A stretch of 64,000 nt of DNA from Anabaena sp. 54 (GCA_900299285.1 OMJF01000154.1:4306-68305), one strand, 5' to 3'; shown: positions 19,668-31,128, counted from the first letter of the stretch. Notes: generated from the sequence alone by a model not told the origin. A program made the numbers and translations.

Positions 19668-21020
19668 TTACTTCCCTGCTTCTAGAATAATATGAGAGTT
19701 TGTACCACCAAAACCAAAGGCGCTTAAAGCTGCTCTTTTAGTTCCTTGACTTGGCCATTGAGTAGGAGTTCTGACAATGTTTTGTGGAGAGATAACATTA
19801 TTTTCAGAACCTATAGGTTGAGTCACATTAATAGTAGGAGGAATCACACCATAGCGCATACTTAATATTGTCTTGGTTATGCCTACCATGCCGGCGGCCA
19901 CAAGTAAATGACCAACATTTGTTTTCGTTGAACCTACTAATGGAGTTGCTTTATATGGACTAAAAAAGCTTTCAATTGAGTTAAATTCGGTGGTATCTCC
20001 TAATAGAGTTCCTGTGGCATGACACTCTAAATAATCAATAGATTTGGGGTTAAGTTTGGCCTCAGAATAAGCTCTTTGATATGCTAGAGTTTGACCTTGA
20101 GAATTAGGACTAAGAAGATGTTTACCTTTACCATCATTAGATAGTCCATTACCACAAATTGTGGCTAAAATTTTGTCTCCATCTCTAATAGCATCACTGT
20201 GTCTTTTGAGCATTACCATTCCTATACCTTCGGAGGTAATTAACCCGCGTGATGACTTATCTAGGGGACGACTAATGCCATTATCTGGATATCCTTGAAT
20301 ACCAGAAAATAACATTCTAATAAATAATGGATCTGCACAACTAATCGCACCAGCTAACATCAAATCAGCTTTGCCAGATTGCAGATAATGAGATGCCAAT
20401 TTAATAGCATAAAATGATGATGAACAAGCAGCATCTATACAGAAATGACTTGCAGATAAAGAAAATGCTTTAGAAACTATAGCAGCAGGTAAACCGGAAA
20501 CCATAGCATTATATGGAGAGACTTTTGTAGAGGTTAATGAACCACCTAAACGAAAGTCATTTTCCTGCAAAACTTCACTAATTGCAGGTTCAATATTTTG
20601 CTGATAAATAGGAGCAAATAAACTATGAGAAGCTTTGGTTGGAAATCCCAAAGTTCCTAAAATTACACCACATTTTGAGAGTGCAGTTTGATTTTCTAAG
20701 TAACCACTATCAATAATTGCCTGTTTAGCGGCATATAGTGACCATTTAAAACTATTGTCGAGACTTTCAACAAATGATGTTGGTAAATTGTACTCATTAG
20801 CATCAAACTTAAAGTTGCGGATAAATCCACCTTTTTGAAAGTAGAATTTTTCCGGTTTACCTTTAGTTGAATCGTAAAATATCGCAGGATCTATTCCCAA
20901 ATCCGCTACAGTTATAGATGATGTAGAATCTTTTTCTTGTGTAAGATTCTGCCAAAATTCTTCGGGATTATTAGCATCGGGAAATAGGCAAGATAACCCG
21001 ATGATAGCTATTTTTTCCAC
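19668..21020 (-). CDS. hglD: HglD ketosynthase
   Basis: DAACSSS, ECHATGT, NVGHLL triad motifs; GTG start with AAGGAGGA RBS. Confidence 0.9.
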   Translation of the reverse strand: MEKIAIIGLSCLFPDANNPEEFWQNLTQEKDSTSSITVADLGIDPAIFYDSTKGKPEKFYFQKGGFIRNFKFDANEYNLPTSFVESLDNSFKWSLYAAKQAIIDSGYLENQTALSKCGVILGTLGFPTKASHSLFAPIYQQNIEPAISEVLQENDFRLGGSLTSTKVSPYNAMVSGLPAAIVSKAFSLSASHFCIDAACSSSFYAIKLASHYLQSGKADLMLAGAISCADPLFIRMLFSGIQGYPDNGISRPLDKSSRGLITSEGIGMVMLKRHSDAIRDGDKILATICGNGLSNDGKGKHLLSPNSQGQTLAYQRAYSEAKLNPKSIDYLECHATGTLLGDTTEFNSIESFFSPYKATPLVGSTKTNVGHLLVAAGMVGITKTILSMRYGVIPPTINVTQPIGSENNVISPQNIVRTPTQWPSQGTKRAALSAFGFGGTNSHIILEAGK

Positions 21021-21119
21021 TGTTGAAATCCTCCTTGGGGCATAAGACGTGACTGAAAAGGATTTACGCTATTCCCCCAATTGGCAAGGATTAACAACTT
21101 GCGCTGTTATTAGAAAATT

Positions 21120-21176
21120 GTAGGTTGGTAACAAAGTTTCGGAATGTTGGGTTTCACTTCGTTCTACCCAACCTAC
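21120..21176. repeat. GTAG-type REP-like element
   Basis: GTAGGTTGG...CCAACCTAC with internal GTTGGGT...ACCCAAC hairpin, between hglG and hglD. Confidence 0.7.
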
Positions 21177-21190
21177 GGACTAGTTATTAA

Positions 21191-22921
21191 TTATTTATGT
21201 TTGAGTAATTCCTGTGGACAAATTACTGCTTTTGCTCCTAATATCTGTGAGTATATTTGTCCTTCTCGACCGTGAATAATGAAATCACAAGTTGCACCAC
21301 TATTTGTTTTGGCTTTAATTTCACAGGAGACATAATAGGCTGCGTCGCAAGGAATTGGTGCAAATTGTTGGGAATCTGTTAGTTGTCCAGGTAGACATAT
21401 TTCTTGATAAAAATGATTTAACCATAACCATAAAGGTTGTGTACTCAAGTCTGTTGCATAAGGGTTATACCATCTAATAGGAAATTGTCCTTGTTTTTGA
21501 GCAGAAATTGATTCCCAATAACATTCTGTGGTGATTTTTTCGTTAGTGATATTGATGACTCTGTTGATTTTTTGGAAACATGAACCGTGAAATAATGCGG
21601 TATCACTTGTTTGATAAAAGTCTGTTCCGGTGGTAGTAATAATATTGTCTTCTGTGAGATCCACTCTTGGATAAATTGGCTGTTCTGGTGTTTTTCCTAC
21701 TACTTTAATAACTGCACGGAAGTGAAATAAGGGTTTACCCAGGGGATTTTTACTAGTAATAGTCGTTTCAAATTCGATAAATTCACCATCTTTTTTATCC
21801 AGTTCTTTCAATTCTAACAAAAATTCATCTGCTAAATTGGCATTAAAGGTAATTCCCTTTAATACTTTAAATTGTTGACAACTTAAATAGCGATAACCTG
21901 GATAAACTTCTTCACAAGCATTAATCATCCAAGCCATAGCACAAGTAGCTGGTAAAACTGGCGTTCCTGCAATTACATGATCATACAAAAACGGGTTTTC
22001 TGCTAATGTCATTTTCCGCCGAATGTGATGTATTCGCAATTGGGAATCTAAAGATGAAGGAGGCAAAAACATCGGACTACCAATCACAACTTGTGTATGA
22101 TCTTGATAAGCTGGATGTAGTTCATTAACTAACATTTGTGTACCAATTTCTACAGGAATAATATCAATTCCTCTTTCTGCAAATGCCTTTTTTAATTGTG
22201 GTGTCACCATCCCACTATCCCAACCTCCCCAATTAATTGCGACTACATGACAATTAGGGTGATATTGTTTGATTAAATGGGCTGATTTATTAAGAATTTC
22301 GTTAGCTATAGCATAATCAGTTTGACCAATATTCCCATAAAAACCACTTACCGAAGAAAACAATACTAAATGTTTTAATTGTTGAGGATTAACACAAGAT
22401 AGCAGATTTTCTAAACCCTGAACTTTAGCCGTATAAACTTTCTCAAAATCATCTTCTGTCTTTTTTTCAATTAACTTATCAGCTAAGTTACCAGCGCCGT
22501 GAATAATTCCGGTAATTTGACCGACTTTCTGAGAAATTTCTTGCAATTTTGCTTGCAAATTTACAGTGTCAGTCACATCAACACTAATATATTCAGCCGT
22601 TCCTCCTGTAGCTGTAATAGCTGCTAATGTCTTCTTAATTTCTCGACTGGAATTAATTTGATTAAATATCTTTTGTACCATCATGGGAGTTGGTTTTTCA
22701 CCCTGAGAAATCAAATTTTCCATAATGCGCTTTTTCAAAGCTGAATCTTCTAAACAATCTCGCGCATATTCCGGTTCTGTAGTAATTTCTGAACGACCTA
22801 AAAGAATAAACTTACAAAGTTGTTGTTGAGCTAATTTAACAGTACATTGAGCAGTGATTCCCTTTGCTCCACCACTGACAACAAAAACAGAAGATGGAGT
22901 AATTTGAACAGTTGCAATCAT
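21191..22921 (-). CDS. hglG: HglG (ketoreductase catalytic subdomain + dehydratase)
   Basis: SGGAKGIT, HGAGNLAD, QTDYAIANE; DH motif LYDHVIAGTPVLP. Confidence 0.88.
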   Translation of the reverse strand: MIATVQITPSSVFVVSGGAKGITAQCTVKLAQQQLCKFILLGRSEITTEPEYARDCLEDSALKKRIMENLISQGEKPTPMMVQKIFNQINSSREIKKTLAAITATGGTAEYISVDVTDTVNLQAKLQEISQKVGQITGIIHGAGNLADKLIEKKTEDDFEKVYTAKVQGLENLLSCVNPQQLKHLVLFSSVSGFYGNIGQTDYAIANEILNKSAHLIKQYHPNCHVVAINWGGWDSGMVTPQLKKAFAERGIDIIPVEIGTQMLVNELHPAYQDHTQVVIGSPMFLPPSSLDSQLRIHHIRRKMTLAENPFLYDHVIAGTPVLPATCAMAWMINACEEVYPGYRYLSCQQFKVLKGITFNANLADEFLLELKELDKKDGEFIEFETTITSKNPLGKPLFHFRAVIKVVGKTPEQPIYPRVDLTEDNIITTTGTDFYQTSDTALFHGSCFQKINRVINITNEKITTECYWESISAQKQGQFPIRWYNPYATDLSTQPLWLWLNHFYQEICLPGQLTDSQQFAPIPCDAAYYVSCEIKAKTNSGATCDFIIHGREGQIYSQILGAKAVICPQELLKHK

Positions 22922-22968
22922 AAATCCTCTCCCAAAAAATCAAAATATCAAACTCTTACTCATATAAT

Positions 22969-22989
22969 GGTGGGCAATGCCCACCCTAC
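22969..22989. repeat. GTAG-type REP-like palindrome
   Basis: GGTGGGCAATGCCCACC-CTAC between hglE and hglG. Confidence 0.75.
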
Positions 22990-22992
22990 AAA

Positions 22993-25900
22993 TTATTCAG
23001 CCTTAGCAACCAGTGTTACTCGTCCTTGATTACCATAACCAACTTCGCTAATATAGCGATTAGAATCGTGCAATTCAGCGACAATATATTGAGCAGATTC
23101 GTGAGGATCTAAGGTGGGATTTAGGTCAATTGCTCTAAAAAATACCTGTGGCCATTCCCATCGCAAACTCTTTGTTAAACCAAACAAACCGGCAGCAATT
23201 GCACTAAAATTAGTTTGATGTCCTAACCCAAATTCACCATCAAGATGAGCGACTGTGCAGAAGCTTGTTCTTCCTGCTAATGATGCTGCATTATTCAATA
23301 TTGCTTTCAAATGTTTTGCCATTAAAAACACTTGTTTAATAATTGCTTTTTCTACTTCTGGATAGGAAATATGCTCGATTTTTTCAGGTTTAAATTGAGG
23401 ATGTAGGTGAATAAATGCCCCAATTGGTCCATGTTTAGTAATCACACTTTGCAATAATAATTGCAGATGTTGTTCACTCATGTTTGCTAATGTAACACGG
23501 ATAACACCTGCTGGTAATGGCAATTGTTGGGAAACTAAGGATGGGGGGAAACTCAAAACTACAATTTTCCAACCTTGTGCTATCAGTGCATTAGCTAGTT
23601 TTGTGGTAGTTAAAGAACCATCATCTGTAATTAAACAAATATGTGCTACTGGTAATTGTATTGATAAAAAATCCGGTCTTGGTAACGTTATTAGTTGAAC
23701 TGGACGACGGGGAAGATGAGGATCTACTATAGGTGGTGGGGTTAAATCCACTGTTATAGTAGACTCCACCCCCGCACTTTCCTCCTTGGTTAAGTAAGAA
23801 TTAAGAGTTACCGAGTTAATATCAGTGTGCGGCTTTTTTTTTTCACCTCCCACCAATGTTTGGAGGTAGTTAACGATTTGCCCAATTGTCCGTAAATCTC
23901 CCAGTTCTTCTATATTAGGTTTAGGTAAATTCGGATATGCTTCCTGCATTGCCCCTAGTATTTCTACTCGTTTAATGGAATCTATACCTAAGTCTGCTTC
24001 CATATCCATATCCAGTTCCAACATTTCCACCGGATAACCTGTTTTTTCGCTGGTAATGTTTAATAGAGTTTGGGCTAAATCTGCATATTCGTTAGTGTTT
24101 TCGTTAGGTTGGGAACTGGGAACTGAAAATTGGGGAATAATCATTGGTTCTGGTGCTAATTCCTCTATTATCTCTGTGGGAATTTGAGGAATGATCATTG
24201 ATTCTTCTGGGATTTCTGTTGTTAATGGATTCTGTTTTTGCAGATATTCAACAACTTGACCAATGGTGCGTTTTTCTGCTAGTTCTTCGAGGTTTGGTTT
24301 GGGCAAATTAGGATATAATTCTTGCAATCCTCCTAAAATTTCCACTTTTTTAATAGAGTCAATTCCTAAATCTGCTTCCATATCCATATCGAGTTCTAAC
24401 ATTTCGATAGGATAACCTGTTTTTTCGCTGGTAATAGTTAATAAGTTGTTGGCTAAATCATCCAGGTTAATATTATTAACTACGGGTACAGTTTCTGGAA
24501 TTAATGCAATTGGTTCAGGTTCAGACTGAATGATCTCGTTAATTACCGGTTCTATAACTTTATTGACAGTTGAAATGGGTATTTCTAATTCAACTTTTGA
24601 CTCAATTACTGGTACTTGTTGGGGGGGAATAATAGTAATATTAGCAGCGACAGATGCTTCTTCAGGAGTAGATAGGGGAATAAAAGCTGCCGTTTCTTGA
24701 GTTTCAGAAATCAGTTGAGAATATTCTTCTTGAATAAGTTGGAAAAAGTGTTTGGTATATTCTATTTGTTCCCGCAAATATTGTTCATGAATGCGGAGGG
24801 TTTCACCTTGTTGAGAATGAAACTGCATCATGCTGCGTTCTAAACTTTCCATGATTATCTGCTTAATTTGAGCAGCTTCAGCAGAAGATTTAACATTAGC
24901 AAATAATTTATTTTGCTGCTGCATTAATTGAAAGAATGTTTTGGTGTATTCTATTTGATGGTTAAGATATGTGCTGTGAACTTCTAAATTCTCGCTTTGG
25001 TTATATTGAAACTGGCTGAGAAGTTGTTCCAAACTGGTGAGAATTTGTTGACAATTTACAAGTTTATCTGGTGTTGGCATTTTATCTCTAGATTGCTGTG
25101 GAAACAATTCTGAAATGGATATTTTTTCTGCTTCTTTTGGCGATTCTTTAATGAGAGTTTGAGTATTCATCTGTGGTTGAAACTGAGTTGCAATGATGGG
25201 TTGTTTTTTATGTCCATTACCGTTGCCGTTATGTCCAGTTGTTGAAGGAATTTTGATAATTTCTGAATGATCAATTTCTAGATTTTTCAATTCTGGAATT
25301 TCTGGACTTTTTAACTTCTGAATTTCAGAAATTTTATCTGCGTTCTGCAAGCTTTCAGTAAAGGCATTTTTGGTTTTATCGGAAATGTAGTTAATGCCAG
25401 TTAATTTGACGTTAAGAGTCTTTTTAGCCGCAGTAGGAGGTAATACGGGAGGAAGTTGATAAGGGTCAAGATTGCCAAGATTCATGCCGATAACGCGCAA
25501 CTGAACTACCGCTTCTCGCAAAGAGCGATCGCTATTTTTTTGTGGACTAGGATTAAGAGATATAGTAATATGAGGACGATCTCCTAATATCTCTTTCACC
25601 AAATTACTTAAAACCCGTTTTGGTCCAAATTCTACAAAGCAATAACCACCAGCGCCATAGATATTTTCAATCTCTTGTTTAAACAGCACTGAACTAGCCA
25701 AATGGCTTTCTAAATTCTTTTGAATTGCTGTGGCATCTTGGGGATACTGTTTACCAGTAACATTACTAAAAACGGGAATTTGCGGATTTTTAAAAGTTAC
25801 TGATTTAGTAGCAATAGCAAAAGATTTTTGTGCGAATGCTATTAATGGAGTATGAAAAGCCGCAGACACAGGTAATAAAACCGCACCATATCCCAATTTT

Positions 25901-28422
25901 TGGCAACCATGATGAATTTTATCAATTTCTAACTTTGAACCTGCTAAAACAATTTGAGTGGGAGAATTAAAATTAGCAATACTTACTTTCGGAAATTGCT
26001 TCAGCAGTGGTTCAATTTTGCCGATATCTTCCTTCACCGCTAACATAGTACCAGCGTCATGATCTGGGTCCTTTGGTGCAGCCATGGCTTGTCCTCTAGA
26101 CTTCACCAAAAACAAATAATCTGCCTCACTCAATACTCCAGCAGCCCACAAAGCCGTTAATTCACCAAAACTATGACCAGCGGTAAAATCTGCTTTAAAG
26201 CCAGCTTGCTGCAAAATCCCATACAAACCAGCGCTAAAAACCCCAATAGCAGGTTGGGCATATTCGGTTCTTTGTAAAGCTGCAATTTGCGTTTTTTTCT
26301 CAGTTTCATCAAAGGTAGAATGAGGAAAAACAACTTGAGAAATCGGTTGCAAATTACTTTGTTTTAACAAATTATCCATCTTGCCATATAACTGCCGCAA
26401 GCTGGGGAAATTCATTACCACTTCTCTTCCCATTTCCAAATATTGAGAACCTTGTCCAGAGAATAAAGCAACAACTTTTCCAGCCAATTCCATACCAGAG
26501 GAACGGTAATAAATACCTTGAGGATGTTCCCAAGATGTTGAGTCAGGCTTATTTTTTAGTAACTCAATACTAACTTGCAGTAACTTACAAGCTTCCTGTA
26601 AATTATCGGCTATAAACCCAATTCTTACCGCTGTTTTGGGAATAGTTAGAGATTGACACTCTTGCAATAATTGAGAATAATATCTTTCTCCATTATTAGC
26701 TTGCAAATTATTAAAAGTTGCCTCTAACTTACTAATTAATTCAGCTTGACTAGCACCAAATAATAGCACTTCATTAGAGGTATGATGTAACCGGTAGGGA
26801 TTTTGTTGTTCTGGTTCATACTCTTCTAAAACAACATGATAATTCGTGCCACCAAAACCGAAAGAACTCACCCCCGCACGTCTGGGAGTTTCACCTTCTG
26901 CTTTTATCCAAGGTCTAGTTTGAGTATTTAGATAAAAGGAGGAATTTTCAATATCTAATTTTGGATTTGGTTCATTAATATTGATAGTTGCTGGTAATAT
27001 TTTGTGATGCAATGCTAGGGCAGTTTTAATTAAACTAGCAGCACCTGCGGCGGCTTTTGTATGGCCAATTTGCGATTTTACACTTCCTAAAGCAATGTGT
27101 TGTTTTTGGGTATCATGTTTCGCAAAATAATCTCTTAAAGAACCAAATTCTGTAGGATCTCCAGCCATTGTTCCCGTACCATGGGCTTCCATTAAACCCA
27201 CAGTTGCTGGAGAAAAACCAGCATCATTATAAGCCCTTTCTAAAGCCTTAACTTGTCCTTCTTTTCTAGGGGCATAAATACTCTTGTAGCGACCATCACT
27301 AGAAGTACCAATTCCCTTAATTACCGCATAGATTTTATCCCCATCTTTTTGGGCATCTTCTAAGCGTTTTAAGAGAATCATCCCAATACCTTCACCTAAC
27401 ATCATCCCATCAGATTTAGCATCAAATGGTTTAACATTATCGCTAGGACTAACAGCCGGAGTTTTACTAAAAGAAATGTAGGCCATGATGGTATTATCGG
27501 TGTCTACTCCACCGGTTAACATCATATCGCTACGATGTTCAACTAATTCACTTATGGCCATTTTTAATGCCCCGAAAGAACTAGCACAAGCGGCATCAAC
27601 TACACAATTTGTACCACCAAAATTGAAACGATTAGCAATTCTCCCAGCCACAACATTTGCTAACATTCCAGGGAAAGCATTTTCATCCCATTTAACATAA
27701 GCAGATTTGATTTTATCAACTATTTTCTTAGTATCTTCCTCAGATAAACCACTGCTTTTGAGAACTTTTTCCCAAATTGGATATTCTAATCTAGCAGCTA
27801 AAGGCATTGCTAATTGTTTGCCCATTGCTACACCTAAAATAACCCCAATATTCTCGCGGTTAAATTCACGGGAATCACCATAACCTGCATCTTCCATTGC
27901 TTCTTTCGCAACTACTAAACTTAATAGTTGAGAAACATCTGTAACTTCTAAAATGCTGGGGGGAATGCCAAATTCCATGGGGTTAAAATCAACTTCGGGA
28001 ATAAAACCACCACGTTTACAATAGGTTTTATCTTCTGATGTTCTAGGATTAGGATCATAGTAATCTTCCACACTCCAATGACTTGCAGGAACATCAGTAA
28101 TACAGTCAATTTTATTAACAATATTTTGCCAATAATCTCTTAAATTTCTCGCTTGAGGCATTAAAGAAGCCATACCAATAATAGCTATTGGATTTGCTTG
28201 TAGTTTTCTGTTAATTTCTTTAGTTGACATAGAATTTTCTGATGAAGAAGCATTATTCATGTTCATTTTCTTTTCCTTTATAAACCTAACTAAAGTCTGT
28301 TCACAACTATTAATTTGGGCTTCTAATTCCGTTAAGGAAGTATTTATTGTGTCTATCTTTTTTTGGGGGTAAGACATCATGGCATAGACTAATCTTGAGT
28401 ACCGTAAATTGTGCAGCACCAT
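22993..28422 (-). CDS. hglE: HglE PfaA-type PKS (KS-MAT-ACP-ACP + KR structural subdomain)
   Basis: DAACASS, EAHGTGT, GHSFG, two GIDSIK ACPs; C-terminal KR N-half. Alternative start ATG 28266 has an AAGGA RBS. Confidence 0.93.
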   Translation of the reverse strand: MVLHNLRYSRLVYAMMSYPQKKIDTINTSLTELEAQINSCEQTLVRFIKEKKMNMNNASSSENSMSTKEINRKLQANPIAIIGMASLMPQARNLRDYWQNIVNKIDCITDVPASHWSVEDYYDPNPRTSEDKTYCKRGGFIPEVDFNPMEFGIPPSILEVTDVSQLLSLVVAKEAMEDAGYGDSREFNRENIGVILGVAMGKQLAMPLAARLEYPIWEKVLKSSGLSEEDTKKIVDKIKSAYVKWDENAFPGMLANVVAGRIANRFNFGGTNCVVDAACASSFGALKMAISELVEHRSDMMLTGGVDTDNTIMAYISFSKTPAVSPSDNVKPFDAKSDGMMLGEGIGMILLKRLEDAQKDGDKIYAVIKGIGTSSDGRYKSIYAPRKEGQVKALERAYNDAGFSPATVGLMEAHGTGTMAGDPTEFGSLRDYFAKHDTQKQHIALGSVKSQIGHTKAAAGAASLIKTALALHHKILPATININEPNPKLDIENSSFYLNTQTRPWIKAEGETPRRAGVSSFGFGGTNYHVVLEEYEPEQQNPYRLHHTSNEVLLFGASQAELISKLEATFNNLQANNGERYYSQLLQECQSLTIPKTAVRIGFIADNLQEACKLLQVSIELLKNKPDSTSWEHPQGIYYRSSGMELAGKVVALFSGQGSQYLEMGREVVMNFPSLRQLYGKMDNLLKQSNLQPISQVVFPHSTFDETEKKTQIAALQRTEYAQPAIGVFSAGLYGILQQAGFKADFTAGHSFGELTALWAAGVLSEADYLFLVKSRGQAMAAPKDPDHDAGTMLAVKEDIGKIEPLLKQFPKVSIANFNSPTQIVLAGSKLEIDKIHHGCQKLGYGAVLLPVSAAFHTPLIAFAQKSFAIATKSVTFKNPQIPVFSNVTGKQYPQDATAIQKNLESHLASSVLFKQEIENIYGAGGYCFVEFGPKRVLSNLVKEILGDRPHITISLNPSPQKNSDRSLREAVVQLRVIGMNLGNLDPYQLPPVLPPTAAKKTLNVKLTGINYISDKTKNAFTESLQNADKISEIQKLKSPEIPELKNLEIDHSEIIKIPSTTGHNGNGNGHKKQPIIATQFQPQMNTQTLIKESPKEAEKISISELFPQQSRDKMPTPDKLVNCQQILTSLEQLLSQFQYNQSENLEVHSTYLNHQIEYTKTFFQLMQQQNKLFANVKSSAEAAQIKQIIMESLERSMMQFHSQQGETLRIHEQYLREQIEYTKHFFQLIQEEYSQLISETQETAAFIPLSTPEEASVAANITIIPPQQVPVIESKVELEIPISTVNKVIEPVINEIIQSEPEPIALIPETVPVVNNINLDDLANNLLTITSEKTGYPIEMLELDMDMEADLGIDSIKKVEILGGLQELYPNLPKPNLEELAEKRTIGQVVEYLQKQNPLTTEIPEESMIIPQIPTEIIEELAPEPMIIPQFSVPSSQPNENTNEYADLAQTLLNITSEKTGYPVEMLELDMDMEADLGIDSIKRVEILGAMQEAYPNLPKPNIEELGDLRTIGQIVNYLQTLVGGEKKKPHTDINSVTLNSYLTKEESAGVESTITVDLTPPPIVDPHLPRRPVQLITLPRPDFLSIQLPVAHICLITDDGSLTTTKLANALIAQGWKIVVLSFPPSLVSQQLPLPAGVIRVTLANMSEQHLQLLLQSVITKHGPIGAFIHLHPQFKPEKIEHISYPEVEKAIIKQVFLMAKHLKAILNNAASLAGRTSFCTVAHLDGEFGLGHQTNFSAIAAGLFGLTKSLRWEWPQVFFRAIDLNPTLDPHESAQYIVAELHDSNRYISEVGYGNQGRVTLVAKAE

Positions 28423-29467
28423 AGGCTATTAACAGATAGTTTCCTATCTGCATTCGCGCAGTTACTACAGGTGAGTTTAAATGTTTGACCGGACATCAAT
28501 TCCACAGTATATATACTGCCTTGTTTGTTGTAATCATCGAATTTCTAAGTGTTTTTTGGATATTTTTCACCAATGCTATAACATCATTGAATGTTTTACC
28601 TATTAGATAATAATGTTGTGTATGGTGATATAGAAGTTACCAGTTTTTACAGTTCAGGATAACCTATTTTAGATGATTAAACTCATAAAAGCTGCCAAGA
28701 TCGTTACAAAAATAATTAGCACTTTGTGGCAAATTCTCTGCATAGTGAAAAAATACTTAAACAGTTTTTTAAGAATCTAGCAGTTTGTAACTTAGGGAAA
28801 TACAAAACCCCGGTTTATTAAGGGATAGGTTTTGTTTCTTTAGGTAATTCTGCTCTAAAAAACTGAATTAATTTTAGTATTTATTCTGTTTCTTGACATG
28901 AAATCAACAATTTATTTTTAATCTATAAATGTTGAATTAATAAAAAGACTAACACAGTTTAGGAAAACTGAATAGTTCATTTCTGCTAATTTTTGGAGAA
29001 AAATATTTGTTAATTTACCTCCTTTTCCATACAACTGAATTACATTAGTATAATTTATAACTGCATTTTCTCCTAACATATTCTTGGTAATTACGGTTTT
29101 CATATCAATCTTTTCTTGATAATTCAAGAATTTTATGTAAATTGTTTCATAAGTAACTAATCAATAAATATACAAGGGAAATATTTGAACATAACCGGGT
29201 ATTTTTTGAGCAAACTATCATAATTAAGTCCTAGTTTTTGATGAATTTATAAGATAACTCACCTTTTATAGACAATTCGTTATTTATAAACTAAAGATTA
29301 ATTTTTTGTCCTTGATCATGTCAATAATTGATAACAATGTTAGAAATTATTGTTATAGCATTAAATATGAAAATTCTGCATATATTTAGTAAAATTTGCT
29401 AAAATAAATACAAATTTTTATATTAAATTATGATTAATCAAGTATTTTAATAAAAAAATAAATTTAG

Positions 29468-29496
29468 TTGACAAGATCAAATTTATTTGGGATACT
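29468..29496 (+). promoter_or_regulatory. candidate sigma70 promoter upstream of hgdB
   Basis: TTGACA-N17-GATACT, ~330 nt upstream of the start codon. Confidence 0.4.
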
Positions 29497-29828
29497 TACA
29501 GGTAAGTTTATTCATTTGCCTAAGTTATGAGCATCATTAATGCTTAGGAATTGAAGATTTTTATTTCTGATGAGGACTATCGTATTTTAGGTTACTTAAT
29601 TAAATGCCAATCCAAGATAAAATTGATAGTATAACGTGGCATTAATCATCAATTATTTGCAGTAAAATCCACCTTAATTCTAGGTTAATTTGGGTATTTA
29701 TAACAGCTAGGAATGCTGACAACAATTCATACATAAATAATTAGACATATCGCTGCTATCAAAGCAATAGAGGATAAGTCTATAACCATTACGAGTATTT
29801 TCCGAAATAACACCATGGGAATAAAAAT

Positions 29829-31040
29829 ATGGCACTAAATAAACAAAGCCAATTATTCAAATTGACGGCGCTGAAGTGGAAAATAATTTTGGCAACTTCT
29901 CTAACTTTAGCTACGGGGTTAGTATCTTTATACATTTTCTATCAATTGAAGATCAATTCTCAAATTTTATCTCCTGCGGAGACAACAACTAATAAATCTC
30001 AACCTACCCCTATTAAAGTTGCTATAACTGCATTAGGAAGGTTACAACCAAAAGATAAAATTACTTATTTATCTGCTCCCAATTCTATCAACGGTGTCAG
30101 AGTAGAAAAACTGTTGATAAAGGAAGGAGATAATGTGAAGAAAGGACAAGTATTAGCTTATTTAGAAAACTATGCTCGTTCCCAAGCAGCCATACAACAA
30201 GCATTTGATAAATTGTTAATTGCTAGGGCTAAATTGGCACAGGTAAAAGCTGGAGCAAAAACTGGAGATATTAATGCTCAAAAAGCCACAATTACTCGGT
30301 TGAATTCCCAATTACAAGGAGATATTGCCGCGCAAGTAGCAACAATTAATCGTATTCGGGCTGAAGTTGAAAATGCTCAAAAAGAGAGTAATCGCTATCA
30401 GCAATTATTCAAAGATGGTGCTGTTTCTGCTTCCATTGTTGATAGTAAAAATTTAACCCTAAAAACTACACAACAGCAGCTAAAAGAGGCTCAAGCTACT
30501 CTTAAAAGGACTGAAAATACACTTGAAGATCAACTCAAAGAAGCAAAAGCCAAACTTAATAGCATTAAAGAAGTTAGGTCTGTAGATGTAGAATTAGCAG
30601 AAAGTGAAGTTAAAAGTGCAGAAACAGCAATTAAACAAGCGAAAGCCGATCATGATTTAACTTATATTTCTTCCACTATAGATGGGACAATTTTGCGAAT
30701 TAATGCTAGAAATGGAGAAATAATTTCTACTAATGGCTTTGCAGAAATTGGTAATATATCACAAATGCAAGTCTTAGCAGAAGTCTATCAAACGGATATT
30801 CAAAATATTCGAGTTGGTCAAAAAGCTAAAATTACTAGCACTACATTTCCTGGCGAATTACAAGGAACTGTGCGAGAAATTGGCTGGCAAGTTAATCAAC
30901 AAGGTATCTTTAGTATTAATCCCAATTCTGACGCAGACCGGAGAGTAATTGAAGTCAAAATATCTATTGATAATCCCGTAGATACTCAAAAGATATCTCG
31001 CTTAACTAACTTACAAGTTGACGTTGCTATCCAAATTTAG
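29829..31040 (+). CDS. hgdB: DevB-family membrane fusion protein HgdB
   Basis: TM anchor, ALGRLQP, coiled coil, AEVYQTDI, RRVIEVKI; position divergent from hglE. Confidence 0.85.
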   Translation: MALNKQSQLFKLTALKWKIILATSLTLATGLVSLYIFYQLKINSQILSPAETTTNKSQPTPIKVAITALGRLQPKDKITYLSAPNSINGVRVEKLLIKEGDNVKKGQVLAYLENYARSQAAIQQAFDKLLIARAKLAQVKAGAKTGDINAQKATITRLNSQLQGDIAAQVATINRIRAEVENAQKESNRYQQLFKDGAVSASIVDSKNLTLKTTQQQLKEAQATLKRTENTLEDQLKEAKAKLNSIKEVRSVDVELAESEVKSAETAIKQAKADHDLTYISSTIDGTILRINARNGEIISTNGFAEIGNISQMQVLAEVYQTDIQNIRVGQKAKITSTTFPGELQGTVREIGWQVNQQGIFSINPNSDADRRVIEVKISIDNPVDTQKISRLTNLQVDVAIQI

Positions 31041-31080
31041 TTATTAATTAATGTTTATTTGTTATTTGTTATTTTCAACA

Positions 31081-31127
31081 AATGACAACTACTAACTAAT
31101 AACTACTAACTAATAACTAACAACTAA
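31081..31127. repeat. STRR-type tandem repeat (ACTAATA/ACTACTA-like)
   Basis: caactactaactaataactactaactaataactaacaactaat. Confidence 0.65.
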
Positions 31128-31128
31128 T

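Noticed and set aside
28422-29829. NtcA (GTA-N8-TAC) or DIF1 (TCCGGA) sites in the hglE/hgdB divergent region
   Set aside because: No exact match found by eye; near-matches had wrong spacing.
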